Positions 60,714 to 64,000 of a stretch of DNA of 64,000 nucleotides are shown here, piece after piece. Location: positions 2,480,001-2,544,000 of the forward strand of contig CAKKNE010000004.1 in the NCBI GenBank assembly GCA_918797485.1. Reading direction: 5' to 3'. The stretch is from Pelagomonas calceolata. Taxonomy: Eukaryota. The stretch's first letter is position 1, and each line of letters opens with the position of its first letter. Under the pieces are notes generated by a model. That model had not been told where the DNA came from and searched no databases. It saw only the letters and a program-made list of their open reading frames with translations. A program made the position numbers and the translations under genes.

Positions 60714-61637
60714 TTATACATACGCCCGCTCGACGCCGTCGTCTACCGGAGGAGGCTTCTCCGGCGTCGGTGCCGGCTCCTCGCCGGCAGGCTCGCGCCG
60801 CGCGTTATCCAGCTGCGCCGCGTTCGCGACATGAGCGACGACGAGGCAGGCCACGACCATCAAAGAAGCGAAGCTCAGCGCGCCGCGCGTCGACACGGCC
60901 ACCGCTTGGGCCAGAGCGCTCCAGTCGTGCGCGAAGACCGCGAACGCGAGGTGGGCGGGGTCGTCCGCATCAAACGGCGACGCGCAGAGCACTTGTAAGG
61001 CAAGCGCACCTAATGCGAGCAAACAAACGACGTCCGTCGTATCCAATGGAGGCGCCACGTCCGACACGTGCTCCGCGACGCGTTCCGCGCCCATGACCGC
61101 GAAGCCAATGGAAGCCAGACCTGCCGCGCCGTACAATAGTCCATCATGTAGAGCTCGCGTCTTCTGGCGCAAGGTACCCGTCATAATACCCCCGAACGTC
61201 TCCGTCATCCTCTCGTCCGTCGCGATGCGCATCGACAATGTTAGTAGTAAACAAGCTAACGCGCCGCAGGCCGCGCCGAACGTGTCCAGTTGGACCTTTT
61301 GTACCGACGCGAAGATTACGGAGACTACACCAGCTCCATTGAGGAAGGCGAGGGTTTTGACCGGTACGGCGTGGAGCACGGCCGTTACTAAAGGCGCCCT
61401 GGTTTTTATTTGTCTCAGTAAATACTGTCTCACTGTAGAGAAGAGGAGGACTGCTCTCGTAATCATGGTCGCGAGGGCTGTTAAGAGTGTCGCGAGAGCT
61501 TCGAGGAGTGGATTGCACAAGGGCGCGATGTAGGGACCGAGGCCCCAGTCTTGTCTGAGGCACTCGCAGAGGCACTCGCAGAGCCGCGTTTCGACGCAGA
61601 ACTTGCAGAAAGCGCAGAGGCACTCGATGGCTCGCAT
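60714..61637 (-). CDS. Multi-pass membrane protein with Cys-rich N-terminus
   Basis: ECLCAFCKFC..LCECLCECL followed by about 6 hydrophobic helices. Confidence 0.65.
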   Translation of the reverse strand: MRAIECLCAFCKFCVETRLCECLCECLRQDWGLGPYIAPLCNPLLEALATLLTALATMITRAVLLFSTVRQYLLRQIKTRAPLVTAVLHAVPVKTLAFLNGAGVVSVIFASVQKVQLDTFGAACGALACLLLTLSMRIATDERMTETFGGIMTGTLRQKTRALHDGLLYGAAGLASIGFAVMGAERVAEHVSDVAPPLDTTDVVCLLALGALALQVLCASPFDADDPAHLAFAVFAHDWSALAQAVAVSTRGALSFASLMVVACLVVAHVANAAQLDNARREPAGEEPAPTPEKPPPVDDGVERAYV

Positions 61638-61868
61638 GCGCTGCGCGCAGGCAGGGAATCCGACTGGCTACGGAGAATTCCTGTGGCTCTCGCGCTGCGC
61701 GTATGAGCTAGAGCAAGATTCTTGGGCAGGGCTCCGGAGGTCGGTGTGGGCTTAGCGCTCCCACAAACAGCCTGTGCTCGTGAAGGCAGCTACAAAAGGT
61801 GCTCTCGTGTGTTGTAGCTACAGGCACGAAGCTTGTTTGGCTCGTTTTTTTGGCCGCGCGCACCTGGG

Positions 61869-61896
61869 GCTAGCGGCCTGTAAGACACTAGCAAGC
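61869..61896 (-). promoter_or_regulatory. CTAG-bracketed element, type A (28-bp exact copy)
   Basis: Reverse complement GCTTGCTAGTGTCTTACAGGCCGCTAGC. Confidence 0.75.
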
Positions 61897-62190
61897 CTAC
61901 GCTAAGGGCCACAGCCGTCCAGCTCCTTCTCCAAACAGGTCTCCTAGCCACGTCTGTAGGGCCGTGGGGATCCTAAGGTGCGGGGCCGCCTCTGTACCTT
62001 GTAGCCCCATAAAACGCACGCAAGGGCTGCCATACGGCTGCCCCCGACGCGCGCCGCGCGGCGAAAAGGAGCGCTCCACACCGGCTCTCGTCGCGAGCGG
62101 GCGAGGCAGCCGCGCGCGCGCCTCCGAGGCACAACACTCACCACAAAAGGCATCGTCGACGGCGTCTAGCCCACCGGCGCGCAGCGAAAA

Positions 62191-62442
62191 ATGGCGGACG
62201 CCGCGAGCCAGAAGCTCGCGAGCGACCTGGCGAGAGCCGAGGCGCGCAAGACATTGTGGGAGTCTGAGTTGGCGGGCCTCGCGGCGCGGCGCGAGGACGA
62301 CGCCGCGGCGGCGGCGGCGGCCGTCAAGGAAAGCGTCCTCGCGCGCGAGGCCGCGGACCCGCTCATGACCGTCCACGGCGACGCCGACGGCAACCCCTAC
62401 GCGCGGCCCGCGCGCGGCGGCGGCGGCTGCGCCGTCATGTGA
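62191..62442 (+). CDS. Heterotrimeric G-protein gamma subunit-like protein
   Basis: 83 aa with an N-terminal helix, DPL motif, NPY motif and terminal CaaX box CAVM. Confidence 0.75.
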   Translation: MADAASQKLASDLARAEARKTLWESELAGLAARREDDAAAAAAAVKESVLAREAADPLMTVHGDADGNPYARPARGGGGCAVM

Positions 62443-62565
62443 CGCTGTTCCTACCCTCCTCCCCGTCTGTGGTGTAAGGCACTGTTCTAGGTCGCGGCGC
62501 GTCGGCGGCGTCGAGGCAAGTAGTAGTACGAACGCCTCCTTATGAAGCGGGGGGGGGGACAGAGC

Positions 62566-63318
62566 CTAGAGGCCGCGCCGCGCGTCGGCCGCCGCGCCGC
62601 GCGACGCCTTCGACGCCGCGACCGCCAGGTCGCGGCGGAACTCGCGCGCGGCCTCGGGTCGCTTGGCTGCCGATTTAGGCGGCAATCGCCACGGCTCGGC
62701 GTTCGCGGGGCTGAGCGGCGGCGGCGGCGAGCGCACCGGCGAGGCCGTGGACAGGAAGGCCCGCGGCGGAGGGGATAGCACGTGGGCCTTCTTCTCGCCG
62801 TGGGGCCGGAGCTGCTTCGTCGGGCGCGGCACGTTCTGCGCGCCGACGCGGTGCGCTTGCGGCACGGGCGGCCGCATGTCCCGCATCGCGCCGACCGTCC
62901 GCGCGCGGTTGTGGTCTTCGGCCTTCTTCGCCGACTTGGCGCCGCGGTCCGCTTTGATCTGCTGAGCCCGGTTCACCTCCTGCACGGCCGCGTCGATCTT
63001 GCCGAGCGTCGCCGCGACGGCCGCGGCCGGGAGCGAGGGCTGGCGCGGCGGCGGCGCGACCGCGGCCGAGGCCACGGGCGGCGGCAGCGGCGGCAGCGAG
63101 GCGACGGGCGGCGCCGCGATGGAGCGCCGCGGGAGCGCCGGGGCCGGCGGCGGCGGCGCTGCGGCCACGAGCTTCTCGAGCTCCTCGAGGATCACCGTGC
63201 TCTTCTGGTTGGCCTTGATGCCGCACAGCTTCGCGAGGCGCTGGAGTTCCTTGCGCGCCGGCTTCGCGGCGGCGGCGACCGCGCGTATCGCATCGATGGT
63301 GGCGTCGTCGAGCGTCAT
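62566..63318 (-). CDS. Protein with N-terminal SAP-like motif
   Basis: RKELQRLAKLCGIKANQKSTVILEEL followed by a Pro-rich basic region. Confidence 0.65.
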   Translation of the reverse strand: MTLDDATIDAIRAVAAAAKPARKELQRLAKLCGIKANQKSTVILEELEKLVAAAPPPPAPALPRRSIAAPPVASLPPLPPPVASAAVAPPPRQPSLPAAAVAATLGKIDAAVQEVNRAQQIKADRGAKSAKKAEDHNRARTVGAMRDMRPPVPQAHRVGAQNVPRPTKQLRPHGEKKAHVLSPPPRAFLSTASPVRSPPPPLSPANAEPWRLPPKSAAKRPEAAREFRRDLAVAASKASRGAAADARRGL

Positions 63319-63586
63319 CTTCGTGTCACAGCTGTTTCGTCGCACACAGGCGGTTTTGCGCGTCGCACACCGCTGAGAGTTGGTATACGCGGCGGGGGCC
63401 CAGCCGTTACTTCGGCGCAGCGTTGCGCGGGCGCGGCGTTGTCTCTCCGCGAAGCGCGGCGCGAAAAACGAGGGCCAAAAAGCAACAATCGAGGCGAATC
63501 GTGCGGCAGCGAACTGATCTAATCAGCGCACCGAGGTGTAGATGATGAATAATAGACGGGTCAAAGACGTGTCCTTTGAGGTAAAT

Positions 63587-63614
63587 GCTTGCTAGTGTCT
63601 TACAGGCCGCTAGC
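63587..63614 (+). promoter_or_regulatory. CTAG-bracketed element, type A (28-bp exact copy)
   Basis: GCTTGCTAGTGTCTTACAGGCCGCTAGC between divergent genes. Confidence 0.75.
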
Positions 63615-63794
63615 TTGGCCCGCGTTTTGACTTTAAGAGCAGCTAGTGGTGGCTGTGATCGACCATCTGCGTCATACGCGACAGCACTGGCTCTCCATCG
63701 CTGCGACGCAGCGCCGTGACGCGAAAACGCTGCTCAAAAGCATCTCTATTGCTCAGTACAGCTGCCTGCCTTGTTGAGTGCTTAAATTTGAAAG

Positions 63795-64000
63795 ATGAAG
63801 CAGCAGTCCCTCCTCTCCTTGTGGGGCGCGAAACCGAAAGCCAGAAAAGCAACAGCCGGCGGCAAAGAAAACGCAAGGAAGCAGAAACGCGTCGCGCAGC
63901 CGGCCGAGCCGCCACGGGCGCCGGCCGAGCCGGCTCCAGCCGAGCCGCCGGCCGCCACGCCGCCCCCGCAAGCACAACCACCAACGGAGGACATCCCGGT
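63795..64000 (+). CDS. 5' end of a gene with an N-terminal PIP-box-like motif (runs off the window)
   Basis: MKQQSLLSLWGAKPKARKATAGGKEN..; open to the end of the window. Confidence 0.55.
   Translation, partial: MKQQSLLSLWGAKPKARKATAGGKENARKQKRVAQPAEPPRAPAEPAPAEPPAATPPPQAQPPTEDIP

Noticed and set aside
1688..63614. CTAG-bracketed element as a CRISPR repeat
   Set aside because: Copies are single and kilobases apart, with no repeat-spacer array and no cas genes, in a eukaryotic gene context.

Overview
Gene-dense, GC-rich eukaryotic nuclear DNA with about 45 compact, mostly intronless genes. It is most consistent with a pelagophyte stramenopile (Pelagomonas/Aureococcus-like). That is an inference from signal-peptide + FAP plastid presequences and from introner-type introns with terminal inverted repeats and 8-bp target-site duplications. 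No rRNA, tRNA or CRISPR array was seen. Main highlights: (1) A 21-28 bp CTAG-bracketed element (GCTAGTGTCTTACAGGCCGCTAGC, plus a CTAGTGTGTCGA..ACGCTAG variant) occurs about 20 times, almost always 5' of a gene and never clearly between convergent 3' ends. (2) A 1653-aa membrane NRPS has the epsilon-poly-lysine-synthetase-like A-T-terminal architecture, but its A domain lacks the amino-binding Asp. (3) An introner family is present at several stages of decay, including one copy with perfect 15-bp TIRs. (4) A cryptic 289-bp-period repeat with codon-level conservation lies in the only large gene-free, lower-GC island. (5) There is a probable nucleus-encoded, plastid-targeted RNA polymerase omega subunit. 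(6) A eukaryotic OmpA-domain repeat protein sits head-to-head with MPS1. All assignments come from motif recognition by eye; no database searches were run.
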